In this document: positions 11,391 to 22,996 of the stretch, one piece after another
Layout of the letters: the number at the start of each line of letters is the position of its first letter
Position numbering within the stretch: position 1 is the stretch's first letter
Source of the DNA: Lytechinus pictus
Taxonomy: Eukaryota
Assembly (NCBI RefSeq): GCF_037042905.1
Contig: NC_087247.1
Coordinates: 44,516,001-44,580,000 of the forward strand
DNA: 64,000 nucleotides
Direction: 5' to 3'
Program-made: the position numbers and the translations under genes
The notes under the pieces: model-generated
Told to the model about the DNA's origin: nothing
The model's input: the letters and a program-made list of their open reading frames with translations, nothing else
The model's database searches: none

Positions 11391-13622
11391 GTAGAACACT
11401 TATCTTCCTTGGCCCTGAGAGCAGCGATCCTGCCTTGGCGCATAGAACAATGATCCTGCCTTGGCCTAGAGAATGCTGATCTTGCCTGGGGGAGAGAACA
11501 CTGATCTTCCATGGCCCAGAGAACAGTGATCTTGCCTTGGCGCATAATACATTGATCTTTGCCTTGGCCCAGAAAAAAAGTGATATAGCCTTGGCCAAGA
11601 GATAAGTGATCTTTGCGTGGCCGAGAGAACACTGATATTGCCTTGGCCCAGAGAACACCGATCTTACCTTGGCCCATAAAACAATGATCTTTGCCTTAGC
11701 CCAGACAACACTGATCTCGCCTTGACCAATAAAACAGTGATATTTGCTTTGGCCCAGAGAACAGCGATCTTACCTGGGACCAGAGATCAGTGAACTCTGC
11801 CTTTGCCCAGAGAACACTGATCTTGTCTTGGCTAATAAAAGAGTCATCTTTGCCTAGGCCCTGAGAAAATTTATCTTTGTCTTGGCCAATAAAATAATTA
11901 TCTTTGCCTTAGCCCAGAAAACAGTGATCTAGCCTCGGCCAAGAGTTAGGTGATCTTTGTGTGGCCGAGAGAACACCGATTTTGCCTTGGCCAAGAGAAC
12001 ACTGATCTTACCTTGGCCATTAAAGACTGGTCTTTGCCTTGGCCCAGAGAACACTGATATCGCTTTGGGCAATAAAACAGTGATTTTTGCTCAGGCCCAG
12101 AAAACAGTGATCTTACCTTGGCCCAAAGAACACTGATCTTACCTTAATTGGCCCATTAAACAATTACCTTTGCCTTGGCCAACAGAACACCGATCTTGCC
12201 TTGGCCCAGAAAACAGTGATCTTACCTTGGCCCAGAAAACAGTGAACTTTGCCTTTGCCCAGAGAAAATTGATCTTCCCTCGGCCCATAGAACAGTGATC
12301 TTTGCATTGGTCCAGAGAACACTGATCTTGTCTTGGCCAATAAAACAGCGGTCTTTGCGTATGCCCTGAGAAAATTTATCTTTGCCTTGGCACAGATAAC
12401 AGTGATCTTGCCTTGGCCCAGAGAACAGTGATCTTACCTTGGCCCATAAAACAACGATCTTTGCCGTGGCCAAGAGAACACCGATGTCGCCTAGGCCCAT
12501 AAAACAGTGATCTTTGCCAAGGCCTATCTCGCCTTAGCGAATAAAACAATGATCTTTAACTTTGCCCAAAGAGCACTGATCTTGCCTTGGCCCGGAAAAC
12601 AGTGATCTTGCCTTGACCCAGAGATCCAGTGATCCAGTGACTTTGCTTTCGCCCAGAGATCACTGATCTCTGCTTTGGTCCAAAGTACAGTGATCTAATT
12701 ACTTTGGCCCACATAATGGGTGACTTTTGTTTTGGCCCTGAGAACACTGATCTTGCCTTGGCCAGAAAACACTGATCTTTGCCTAGGCCCAGAGTACCAT
12801 GATATTGCCTTCACCCATAGGGCAGTGATCTTGGTTTGGCCCACAGAACAGTGATCTTTGCCTTGGCGCAGCAAACAGTTATCTTACCTTGGCCCCAAAA
12901 AACACCGATCTTACCTTGGCCCAGAGAACAGTGATCTTGCCTTGGCTCAGATAACAGTGATCTTACCTTGGCCCTGAGAACAGTAAATTGGCCCAGAGAA
13001 AAGTGATATTTACCTTGGCCCAGAGAACAGTGATCTTGCCTTGGCCCAGGGATTAGTGACCTTTGCTTGGCCCAGAGAAAACTGATCTTGCATTGGCCAA
13101 TAAAGCAGTGATCTTTGCCTAGGCCCTGAGAAAATTTATCTTAGCCTTCGCCAAGAGAACACTGATCTTGCTTTTGCGTATAATATAGTGATCTTTGCCT
13201 TGGCGCAGCAAACAGTTATATTGCCTTGGCCCACATAATACTGATCTTGCCTTAGCCCAGAGAACAGTGATGATACCTTGGCGCAAAGAACATTGACCTT
13301 GCCTAATTACCTTGGCCCAGGGAACAGTGATCTTTGCCTAGGCCAAGAGTACTATACTCTTGCTTTTGCTCATAGGGCATTGATCTTGCCTTGGCCCACA
13401 GAAGAGTGATCTTTCCTTGGCCCAGAGAACAGGGATCGTACTTTGACCCAAAGAAAATTGATCTTGCCTTTGGTTATAGAACACTGATATTGCCTTTTCC
13501 CAGAAGACAGTGATCTTGCCTTGACCCAAAGAACAATGATCTTGCCTTGACCCCGGTCTTTGCATCGGGCGTCTACTTATTGGCCTTGGCCTTAACGTTC
13601 TGAAGTCATTGGCCTTGGTCTA
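11391..13622. repeat. Degenerate 26-27 bp satellite array (~2.2 kb)
   Basis: Consensus gccttggcccagagaacagtgatctt(t), about 80 diverged head-to-tail copies with no unique spacers. Confidence 0.9.
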
Positions 13623-14079
13623 GGAGTAGGTCCCCAGAAGATGACAGGATGATGCCGGAAAAGATCAAGAAATACTATAGAAATAGCTAGGTCAATAGGT
13701 GTTTTTTAATGGAAAATCATAGTGCGGTTGATTTTATAGTTGCTCTTTTTGGTACACTATTGTTAAATGATGAATTACTCATCGTTTTTGTTATTATGAT
13801 GTTGTTTTATTTTATAGTATTATTGTATTGTGTTGTCTTTATTATTTGTAAAATATGCACGTTCGTCTTGGAAATATGAAACGTCTAAAATGTTCTACCC
13901 ATTTGCATTGTTGTAATTCAATTTTTTTTTTCCATTTCTTAAATGACCTCTTTGTTTATAGTTAAATTACTGTATCATTGACATTTTCATTTTGTTGTTG
14001 CTGTTGCTGATGATTATACCATTGACATAGATTCGGAAGCCATGTTTTGTATGGAAATATAAAGAAAAGTGATAGATAT

Positions 14080-14400
14080 GATGGTAATAGTAATACTAAT
14101 TAATTATTGTTATCAATTAGCAAAATAATAATAAGGATAATAATGCTAATAACGATGGTAATAATGATAATAATAGTAATTGTTATTATTATCGTAATAA
14201 TGAGAATAGTAATAATAATCATAATGATAAGGAGGAGGTGAATAAGAAGTTGAATAATTAGAGAGGAAGAAGAAGAAGATGAGAATAAGAAGAAGAAAAA
14301 GAAGAAGAAAAAGATAAAGAAGAACAACAACAACAAGAAGGAGAATTAATATTGTAATAACAATAATGATGGAAATATCAACAATGAAGATAAAAATAAC
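14080..14400. repeat. Low-complexity (AAT)n/(GAA)n/(CAA)n tract
   Basis: Direct reading. It explains the Ile/Phe-rich ORFs in the track. Confidence 0.9.
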
Positions 14401-14475
14401 CAAAGTATCAGTAAAGTACACAAACAATTGCGAATAGAATGATGAAGTATAGCCTCACTCGATTGTCTTTAGTAT

Positions 14476-16400
14476 CTTCAGATTTTAGACTTAGATTTTA
14501 TTTCCAACAGAACGTAAAGAATGATACAAATTATTTTCATACATTATAACATTTACAATACGAATCATTGTCATTTGAATTATATTTAATAACATTAATG
14601 GTAATTAACACAGGTATTTACATAATATAATACATTTTGTTGACAAATTATAATGCATAATTTCTTATGCTATTGTCGAGGGAGTTCCAAAATCTAGGAC
14701 CATCGAACATATAAATGTACTTTTCGCCAATATAAAGTTCTAAAACGGGTTTAATGAAATTCGTTAGATTGTCTAGTAGGGTAATTATGAAATGACCGAT
14801 TGAGAGGAAAAATTGTATCAAATACACGTGGAAGGGTGTTTTGTCAAATTTAAATATAAATTGTCCTAAATGAAATAAGTAGAGGTTGCTATAAAAAAAA
14901 AATAGTGGTCTGTGTGTGAACGAAAAGCTGAATTATGAATAATACGAAGGGACTTCTTTTGCAGTAATAACAGTCTTTCTAAAAGGGTTTGATGAGTGCT
15001 ACTCCAGGCAAGTATCCCGTAATTCAAGTAAGGCAAGATCAAAGAAGTGATGACGACGAAAAATGATATTTCAATTTATTGATAATGCCAATATTTCGCG
15101 AAATAGTCTTGCAGGTACTATCTTTATGGTACTTCCATATCAACGGTAACACCGAGAAATTTAATAAATTTTACACTTTCTAAATTAGTGTCATCTAATA
15201 CTACGTTCATGGGAAGTATATCAATAGAATTGCTAAATAGCATGTATTTCGTTTTAAGTAAATTAAGGGACAATTTGTTAGATCTTATCCATTGGGTGAC
15301 TTTTAAAAGTTCTCTATCAACAGTATTTAAGGCATGTGGATTTTTATGAGAGTAAAATCGTCTGCAAAAAGTATAAACAAAAGTACATCAGGTGATTTAC
15401 AAAAGTCATTAATATAGATGATAAATACCAAAGGGCCTAAAAACTACCTTGCGGGACTCTACAGTTAATATGTTTTTGCGTATCCGGACATCTACCCCCT
15501 GGACATCCACCCCCCGGACATCCACCCCCGGACATCCACCCCCGGACATCCACCCCCCGGACATCTACCCCCCGGACAATTACCCCCCGGACAATTACCC
15601 CCCGGACATCTACCCCCCGGACATCTACCCCCCGGACATCTACCCTCCGGACATCTACCCTCCGGACATCTACCCCCCCGGACATCTACCCCCCGGACAT
15701 CTACCCCCCGGACATCTACCCCCCGGACAATTACCCCCGGACATCTACCCCCTAGGACAAGTACCCCCCGGACATTTACCCCCCCCCCAGACAGGCTACC
15801 CCCGGGCATCTACTCACGGATATTTTGGATACGGGGGGGTAAATGTCCGGGGGGTAGATGTCCGGGGGGTAGATGTCTGGGGGGTAGATGTCCGGGGGGT
15901 AGATGTCCGGGGGGTATATGTCCGGGGGGTACTTGTCCGGGGGGTAAATGTCCGGGGGGTAGATGTCCGGGGGGTAATTGTCCGGGGGGTAGATGTCCGG
16001 GGGGTAGATGTCTGGGGGGTAAATGTCCGGGGGTAGATGTCCGGGGGGTAGATGTCCGGGGGGTAATTGTCCGGGGGGTAGATGTCCGGGGGGTAGATGT
16101 CCGGGGGGTAGATGTCCGGGGGGTAGATGTCCGGGGGGTACTTGTCCGGGGGGTAAATGTCCGGGGGGTAGATGTCCTAGGGGGTACTTGTCCTAGGGGG
16201 TAGATGTCCTAAGGGGGTGGATGTCCGGGGGGTGGATGTCCGGGTGGTAGATGTCCGGGGGGGTGGATGTCCAGGGGGTAGATGTCCTAGAATCATATTA
16301 GATGTGTGGCAATGCAAAGATACAAATTGGCGTCTATTGGACAAGTAGCTTTTCAACCACTCCAAGGCCTTCCCGCGCACACATCTTACTTCATAATACA
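14476..16400 (-). mobile_element. Decayed LINE ORF2 (reverse transcriptase to C-terminus), L2/Crack/Daphne-like, interrupted by a foldback insertion
   Basis: Minus-strand translation, with frameshifts and stops, gives in order: RGKALEWLKSYLSNRRQFVS (about 16380-16315); INCRVPQGS, LGPLVFIIYINDF and LFADD (about 15357-15470); WIRSNKLSLNLLKTKYMLF; KFLGVTVD; LILPYLNYGILAW; LQKKSLRII; HNYPTRQSNEFH; GPRFWNSL. A polyA-signal/tail region lies near 14480-14500. Confidence 0.9.
15479..16294. mobile_element. Foldback element built from inverted arrays of a 15-bp unit (CCGGACATCTACCCC)
   Basis: Left arm about 15481-15812 is (ggacatctacccccc)n. A short spacer follows. Right arm about 15832-16290 is (ggggggtagatgtcc)n. 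It splits the LINE RT frame, and no direct target-site duplication is visible. Confidence 0.85.
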
Positions 16401-16471
16401 TTTAAAGAAATTGTCGATATGTTGCAGTGGTGCATCTTTATTTTATATATAAAAAAAGTAAGGACGGGGTG

Positions 16472-17110
16472 AGATCTAAGATGAGTATATATGATTGTTT
16501 GACATAGTTTGCTGCTCAGATCTAAGATGAGTATGATTGTTTAACATAGTTTGCTGCTCAGATCTAAGATGAGTATGATTGTTTGACATAGTTTGCTGCT
16601 CAGATCTAAGATGAGTATGATTGTTTGACATAGTTTGCTGCTCAGATCTAAGATGAGTATGATTGTTTGACATGGTTTGATGCTCAGATCTAAGATGAGT
16701 ATGATTGTTTGACATAGTTTGCTGCTCAGATCTATGATGAGTATGATTGTTTGACATAGTTTGATGCTCAGATCTAAGATGAGTATGATTGTTTGACATA
16801 GTTTGCTGCTCAGATCTAAGATGAGCATGATTGTTTGACATAGTTTGCTGCTCAGATCTAAGATGAGTATGATTGTTTGACATAGTTTGCTGCTCAGATC
16901 TAAGATGAGTATGATTGTTTGACATAGTTTGCTGCTCAGATCTAAGATGAGTATGATTGTTTGACATAGTTTGCTGCTCAGATCTAAGATGAGTATGATT
17001 GTTTGACATAGTTTGCTGCTCAGATCTAAGATGAGTATGATTGTTTGACATAGTTTGCTGCTCAGATCTATGATGAGTATGATTGTTTGACATAGTTTGA
17101 TGCTTAGATC
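16472..17110. repeat. 42-bp minisatellite, ~15 highly homogeneous copies
   Basis: Unit agatctaagatgagtatgattgtttgacatagtttgctgctc. It explains the MSNNHTHLRSEQQT repeat ORF. Confidence 0.95.
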
Positions 17111-18570
17111 AATGGATCATAATATCTGTATCAGGGTTTAGAATACAAACAGATATTCTGCCTTGAGTATATGTTTTTAAACTATGGATATTATAGTACT
17201 TATCTCTCGAGTTAACAGTTTTACTTGGGTGCCAGAAATATATGTATATAAAAATTAAAGGGTGCTTAGTACCATCATTTTTACTTGGTTTTCTGTTACG
17301 CTATTTTTAAAACAAGATACCTTTCTATTCAGAATCATAAACCAAACAGAGTGATTCCATGCTTTATCATATAACAATCAATAAAATTGAAATATCAAAT
17401 ACTATAATGACAAAGATACACCCATTTCACTGTCTGACCTATTTTGGCATATCACCAAATAACTTCTGCTTTAACAATAATGGTAGACACATTATGGGGA
17501 AGTCGAATGCTTTTATCGATGATAACTTTGGTTTTAAGGTGTAATATAATAGTGTCTAGCAAATATTTGATGCTCAAATTTACAACGTCGTAACTTTTTA
17601 TCAAGGAATGTAAATCAAGAATAAACAGACATGTTTTACCAAAAGTTGTGCCTCGAGTAGAGTTAGTAAATTCATTTAGCAATGTCTTATTTTCAATTCT
17701 TATTGAATATTAATTTTCCAACTGTACAATCCATCAAGATCAATATTTTTGTTTCATTAGAAATCGATATGAAAATTTATGAACCAGGAGACTGCACAAA
17801 GTAGGGTGTTCTATCTTTACTTAAAACTGTCGACGCGATTTTTTTGACTGATATTATGAGACTACATGGGGCACAGTTCATTCCGCCTGTTTTTTTTCTT
17901 CAAATTCATCGTGAAATATAATAAATATTATACTTGTTAGAACATATTTGTTTATGATCAACTCATTCCACTTCTGTTTTTTTAACGAATTTCTTCACGC
18001 AACGGACCCCTAATACTGCATTTGCAGTAAAAGGAAATGGAGCGGACTGAATTTAAGCATCATCATTGTTCTCAGGTTTTAATGAATACTTTAGTCAATT
18101 TTGCTGTTTAGTTTCAACATTATGTCAGAATTGAGAATTCATTTAAAATATGGACATCGGTAGCTCGTAAATTTTCCCAAAATGCATATCCAAAACTCAA
18201 AGTCCATTTTAACATTTTTCACAGGCTGAAATAATGTGAGTTGTGTTGCCACAACTCGTATTGCTATATTGCTTTAAAATCTTTCGATTATACAAAATTA
18301 TAATTTATTAAGTAAGCATGCGAATAGACTAAACGACGCCTGCCTTTAAAAAAATGATTTTGTTCAAATTAAGTAGTGTATTTCAACGGCCATGCGGAAA
18401 AGAAATGAAACCAAATACCAATTACGTGAGGAGTACGTCTGCATTGTGTTTAATAGCGAAGACAAAATGTACTAAGAAAACATAAAATGAGTTCAAGGGT
18501 GTATTTAGAGACAGCACTGCGCATTTTGGATGTATAATTTGCAACGCGTGAAAAACGAAATGCCCTGAAT

Positions 18571-18992
18571 GGGTTGAACTTGATCTACAAGTAATCGGTC
18601 TACTTCACAGATAGTCCAAAACCACTTGGGCTAATTACATCCGGGCTACCATCAGTTTGGTCTAGTTGTCGTTCAGTCTACACTGTCTTAGTCTTATTTT
18701 CATCTAATGCCTAGATTGCCTTATTTCCACTCCATCTACTAGGCCTATTTATGTTGCGCTTTATGAAATGAAGTTTTTCTCACCCTGTACGCCAAATGGT
18801 GTTAGACCAAGTGGATATTTGACGAAATGGGTGGATTTTAACTGGAAATTAGACAAAATAATGAATGGGATAAACCAAATGGTCAGGTCCTATATAGCAG
18901 ACAATTTTTCTAAAGACTATCTTGGATAAGATCATGTGGGATGGGACCAAATGGAATGTAGACGAAGTGGATTTAGACCGATCTGCAATTTA
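18571..18992. mobile_element. Foldback element, GACCAA/GACGAA-type arms
   Basis: Left ggtctac/ttggtctag units face right tagaccaagtgg/tagacgaagtgg units. It ends gcaatttac. Confidence 0.55.
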
Positions 18993-19118
18993 CATTCCAC
19001 CAAAATGCCTTGTACTTCGAGTACGCTACGTCGCCACTTACACACTCACACAATTATGTGCAATGTTTGTACATAACAACTTTGTATAAGTAAACTGCAA
19101 AGGTTCATTAGGGCTTGA

Positions 19119-19291
19119 CGGTTTTTCAAATGGTCTAATGTCAATTTGTCCAATCACCAACCTGTCTACTATCATTTGGTCTACAATCAGTTCGTCCGTT
19201 ATCCACAGATTCTTATTCCCATTTTATCCACTCACCATTTCGTCGATGGGGTGATTGGACGAGTTTGAAATAGATGAAATGACAATTTACC
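19119..19291. mobile_element. Short foldback element, GACCAA/GACGAA-type
   Basis: cggttt...ttggtcta/ttcgtcc units, then ggacgag/gatgaaat...caatttacc. Confidence 0.5.
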
Positions 19292-19427
19292 GTTCATTCT
19301 TGTAGGCCTACATTACTGTTAGGTAGAGAGATTATCACATTACTGCAGTTAAGAACAATTTGTTTTGACGATCTTGCATGAACTGCATTTTGAAAAGTGA
19401 GTCCGGAGGCTTGCTACGCAACAGGTG

Positions 19428-19641
19428 TGTAACGGCACATTTAAGTAAATTGCGCATTTTGATAAATTACCAAAATGTGCCGTTACTTTGTTACGGCACA
19501 TTTTGGTAAAATACATTTGTTACCAAAATGTGCCGATAGTGCACCTATATATGCCTGACAGGATTTTTGGGTTAGCAAAATGTGCAGTTGAACGTGATGT
19601 GCCTGCACATTTCGGACAATGTGCACATTTTGGTAACAACA
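19428..19641. mobile_element. TGT-terminal repeat with TTACCAAAATGTGC units (left arm or separate copy)
   Basis: Starts tgtaacggcacattt and contains several ttaccaaaatgtgc / gcacattttggtaa units. It is an inverted match to 22660-22821. Older traces occur at about 1320-1360 and 1850-1916. Confidence 0.6.
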
Positions 19642-19683
19642 AGTAAAGGTTAGGTTAGAAACAAGTCAGAGTAGTAGGTCAAT

Positions 19684-20311
19684 GGGCCGTATGCATAAAA
19701 ACAAGCAATTGCTTGTGCTAGCCTTTTGCTTGAATCGGTATGCACACAAACAAGCAATTGCTTATAAGCAAAAGCTTTTGCTTACAAGCACAAACAATTG
19801 CTTACTACTCGTAAGCAAATGCTTACCAAACAAGCAATTGCTTAAAACCGTATGCATAAAACAAACCTTTTACTTGTCTTGATAAGCAATTGCTTGCGTT
19901 TTTTCAAGCTCCTCCGGACCAGCTTGAGCTCTTGCTTACTCATGGCATTCTCGTTTAAGGATTAAATTTTCATACCGTTTCAAGCTCCATATTCCAGAGG
20001 TTATGTTGTGATTTCATATCTAATCAAATTCCTGTTATTTTAGACTTTTTACGGCAATTTTTGTCCATCGATCTACACAGAAACCCCCCTGATGCTCTGC
20101 GCTGTTTTCCCCCTATTTGCGTAATAAAAAATACTGCTGCCAGGTCGGGCACGAAGCGTCGTTGTCCTACAGTGCGATGTTCGCACAACCGTAACGATCC
20201 TTTGTCCAACACATAAGCAATTGCTTAGGCAGTGCAAGCAAAAGGTTTCAGCACAAGCAAAAGCTTGTGCATACGAATTTAAGCAATTGCTTGTCTTTAT
20301 GCATACGGCCC
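19684..20311. mobile_element. PIF/Harbinger-like MITE
   Basis: Perfect 16-bp TIR gggccgtatgcataaa / tttatgcatacggccc and subterminal AAGCAATTGCTT palindromes. The 3-bp flanks (aat/act) form an imperfect TSD. Confidence 0.75.
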
Positions 20312-21443
20312 ACTTGTCTCTCTGTGTGTGGGTAATTTGCCTCTACGTCCAATGCAATTTCGTCCAATGACCATATCGTCTAATGCCGTTTGGTCCAATA
20401 TAATTTCGTTCATTAGCAATTTCGTCCTATAGTCAGTTTGTCTAAGAGCCACTTCGCCCCCCACAAAAAAAAATCGTCTAAGAGCTATTTCGTTCAATGG
20501 CCAGTTCGTTTAAGAGCCGCTTCGTTCAAAGCCACTTCGTCCAAGAGCAATTTCGTCTAAATGCCACTTCGTTTAATAGAAACGTCTCTTAATAGCCATT
20601 TCGTCCAATAGCATGATCGTCTAGCTTTGCATGCCAGTTGGTTCAATTGCCATATTGGTCTAATAACGTGGTGCAGTTGACAGTTGGTCCAATACCCAAT
20701 TGGTCCAATTGACGAGTCGTCATAACCCACTTTCTACAATACCCATTTGGTGGAATTCTCACTTGGTCTAATGATCGTTACTGGGAGCAGGCGAGGATCC
20801 AGAGAGTGAATGCACCCCGGTATAAAAAAGTGGAAGAAGAAAGAAACACTTCACAATATAGGATGAACAACTATATATTATTTAGACACAAGTAGCGATT
20901 TATTACCCTGATTTGATAACCGTCTCTGCGACGCATTCAGCTTATGTCCAGTTTTCTCAAATTTAATCACTATTGGTGTTGCAATTTATTCTTCCCATGA
21001 ATATCAAATCATGTGTCCATCAAGTAATGGGAAACAAAACCTTATGCTTATTGCGAATTTGAAACTTAAATCTGGGTCATTTCTGCATACCCTAGGCTTA
21101 ACTCTTGTATTCTACCAAGAACAATAACAACAATTAACCTGTATATCTTCGATTGCTCCCTCCGTGTACATTTTTTTTTCTGAGTTATCCAATGAATAAC
21201 GAAATATTGGAGATCCCATTATTTTTTTTGCCTTATTTGATTCCTATTACTAGGGGGTGTATTTTACTACTCTGATATTTAAAAAAAAACTGGGCAGATT
21301 GATTTTCATTAAATATTTAATGTTTTTGATGAGCTGTATTTTGGGGATCTCATTCGTTTTGAATATTGCGGGTTTTTTTTATTTGGTATTTGTTTATGGC
21401 TCTCTTCCCGTCTCTCTATTTCTCTCTTTCTTGTGCAAGGCGT

Positions 21444-21576
21444 NNNNNNNNNNNNNNNNNNNNNNNNNNNNNNNNNNNNNNNNNNNNNNNNNNNNNNNNN
21501 NNNNNNNNNNNNNNNNNNNNNNNNNNNNNNNNNNNNNNNNNNNNNNNNNNNNNNNNNNNNNNNNNNNNNNNNNNNN
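21444..21576. other. Assembly gap (133 N)
   Basis: Run of N. Confidence 1.
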
Positions 21577-21834
21577 GCGCCATCTATCTAGAAATATTCT
21601 ATTCCGAGGCGCGTTGTTATTATTATTATTACACCGGCTTTAGCTCGAGCTGCCTTTCAGCGCTCATACATTCAAGGAATTAATTATGCCAAGTACCCAT
21701 TCACCTCACCTGGGTTGAGTGCAGCACAATGTGGATAAATTTCGTGCTAAAGGAAATAACGCCATGGCTGGGATTCGAACCCACGACCCTCTGTTTCAAA
21801 GTCAGAAGACTATTCCACTGGGCCACAACGCTCC
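21577..21834 (-). mobile_element. tRNA-derived SINE
   Basis: Minus-strand head ggagcgttgTGGCCCAGTGG...gtgGGTTCGAATCCcagcc (A and B boxes). Central cacattgtgctgcactcaacccaggtgaggtgaatgggtac domain and an (AAT)n stretch. It runs into the gap. Confidence 0.85.
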
Positions 21835-22659
21835 ACATCATGGAATAATTAGTATTTATGTGTTTGTAATCCATGGATTGTAACAATTTTTGTCCTTGAT
21901 AAGTTTTGTTTGTGTTATTCTGTTTTGTTTTTTTTCATTTGAAACAATGGTAAGCGAGAAAAAATTATATGAAAACAATTAAATTTCGAGATCTTAAGAG
22001 AAAATTGATGTTGGCCTACATTTTATATCTAACATTGGGAAAGTTAATAGTGAATGTGTGCGTGTGTGGATGGGAGAGTGAAGGCAAGAGCCGTGGGAGT
22101 TTACACCTGTAATTACCACGCGATTGCGTAGACTTTAGACCAATTGGGCATTGGGTATTGGACCAACTGTCAGTTAGATCAAGTGGGTATTGGACCAACT
22201 GTTAATTGGGCCAAACAGGTGTTGGACCGAATCGGACCAAAGGACATCAGATCAAATGGCTATTGGACAAAATGTTTATTGAACAAAGTGGCAATTACAT
22301 GTAGAAGAAGTAGCTCTTAGACGAAGTGGCCATTGGACGAAATGCCTCTTAGACGAAGTGGCTTTCTGGCAAAGTGGCTCTTAGACTAACTGGCTATTGG
22401 AAAAATTGCTATTGAACGAAATGATATTGGACTGAACAGCATTAGACGACATGGTCATTTGACGACGTGCCATCGTATTAGACCATATAGATCTTAGACC
22501 AACTCGAGATTAGACAAAATTAATGGTAAACCAAATGGGTTTAGTCGATGTGGTTTTAGAAAATCGATACCAATTGAAATGCCCTCCTTGTCCAGTTGCA
22601 GGGTATTTTGCATTTTTTAAATGCAATGAAGGAGTACAGCCAACTGAGCGAATAATCCA

Positions 22660-22821
22660 AGAAGTTACCAAAATGTGCCGTCAATGTCCTGCACATTTTG
22701 GTAAATTTACCAAAAAAATGCAGTTACCAAAATGTATCGTAACATAGTTACAGCACATTTTGGCAACTGCATATTTTGGTAAAATGCACATTTTGGTAAT
22801 TTACCAAAATGTGCCGTTACA
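22660..22821. mobile_element. ACA-terminal repeat with TTACCAAAATGTGC units (right arm or separate copy)
   Basis: Ends aaatgtgccgttaca, the reverse complement of the 19428 start. Confidence 0.6.
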
Positions 22822-22996
22822 TAGGAACGTGATTCAAATTTCTGGCAAGGAAAATGCCCTACTTACTTTAAATGCTACAGTCTATGCATTCACGAGCAAA
22901 TCATACGGAAGGGAGAAAAGAGGGTGGTAGCAAATGGCTAAGTGAATATTTCATATAGTTCTCTCTTTGTCAATAAAAAAACAACATGGCTTCTTA

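Larger units (their letters stand above)
20331..22585. mobile_element. Large foldback element: GACGAA/GACCAA tandem arms around a non-repetitive core
   Basis: The left arm (20331-20780) and right arm (about 22127-22585) align unit by unit in inverted orientation (aagtggctcttagac.aactg.ctat.gga..aattgcta.tgaacgaaat.atattggac). The core holds a hAT-like end, an assembly gap and a SINE. Confidence 0.65.

Noticed and set aside
11391-13622. CRISPR-like regular repeat
   Set aside because: The units are contiguous and degenerate with no unique spacers, there are no cas genes, and the context is eukaryotic.
15449-16036. 195-aa Pro-rich ORF (DIYPP / VDVRG repeats) and overlapping antisense ORFs
   Set aside because: Translation of a 15-bp minisatellite foldback inserted in a LINE, not a gene.
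16476-17093. 205-aa repeat protein MSNNHTHLRSEQQT
   Set aside because: Open only because the 42-bp tandem unit lacks stops in that frame.
17452-17682. 76-aa minus-strand ORF as a possible exon or TE protein fragment
   Set aside because: No recognisable motif or splice context.
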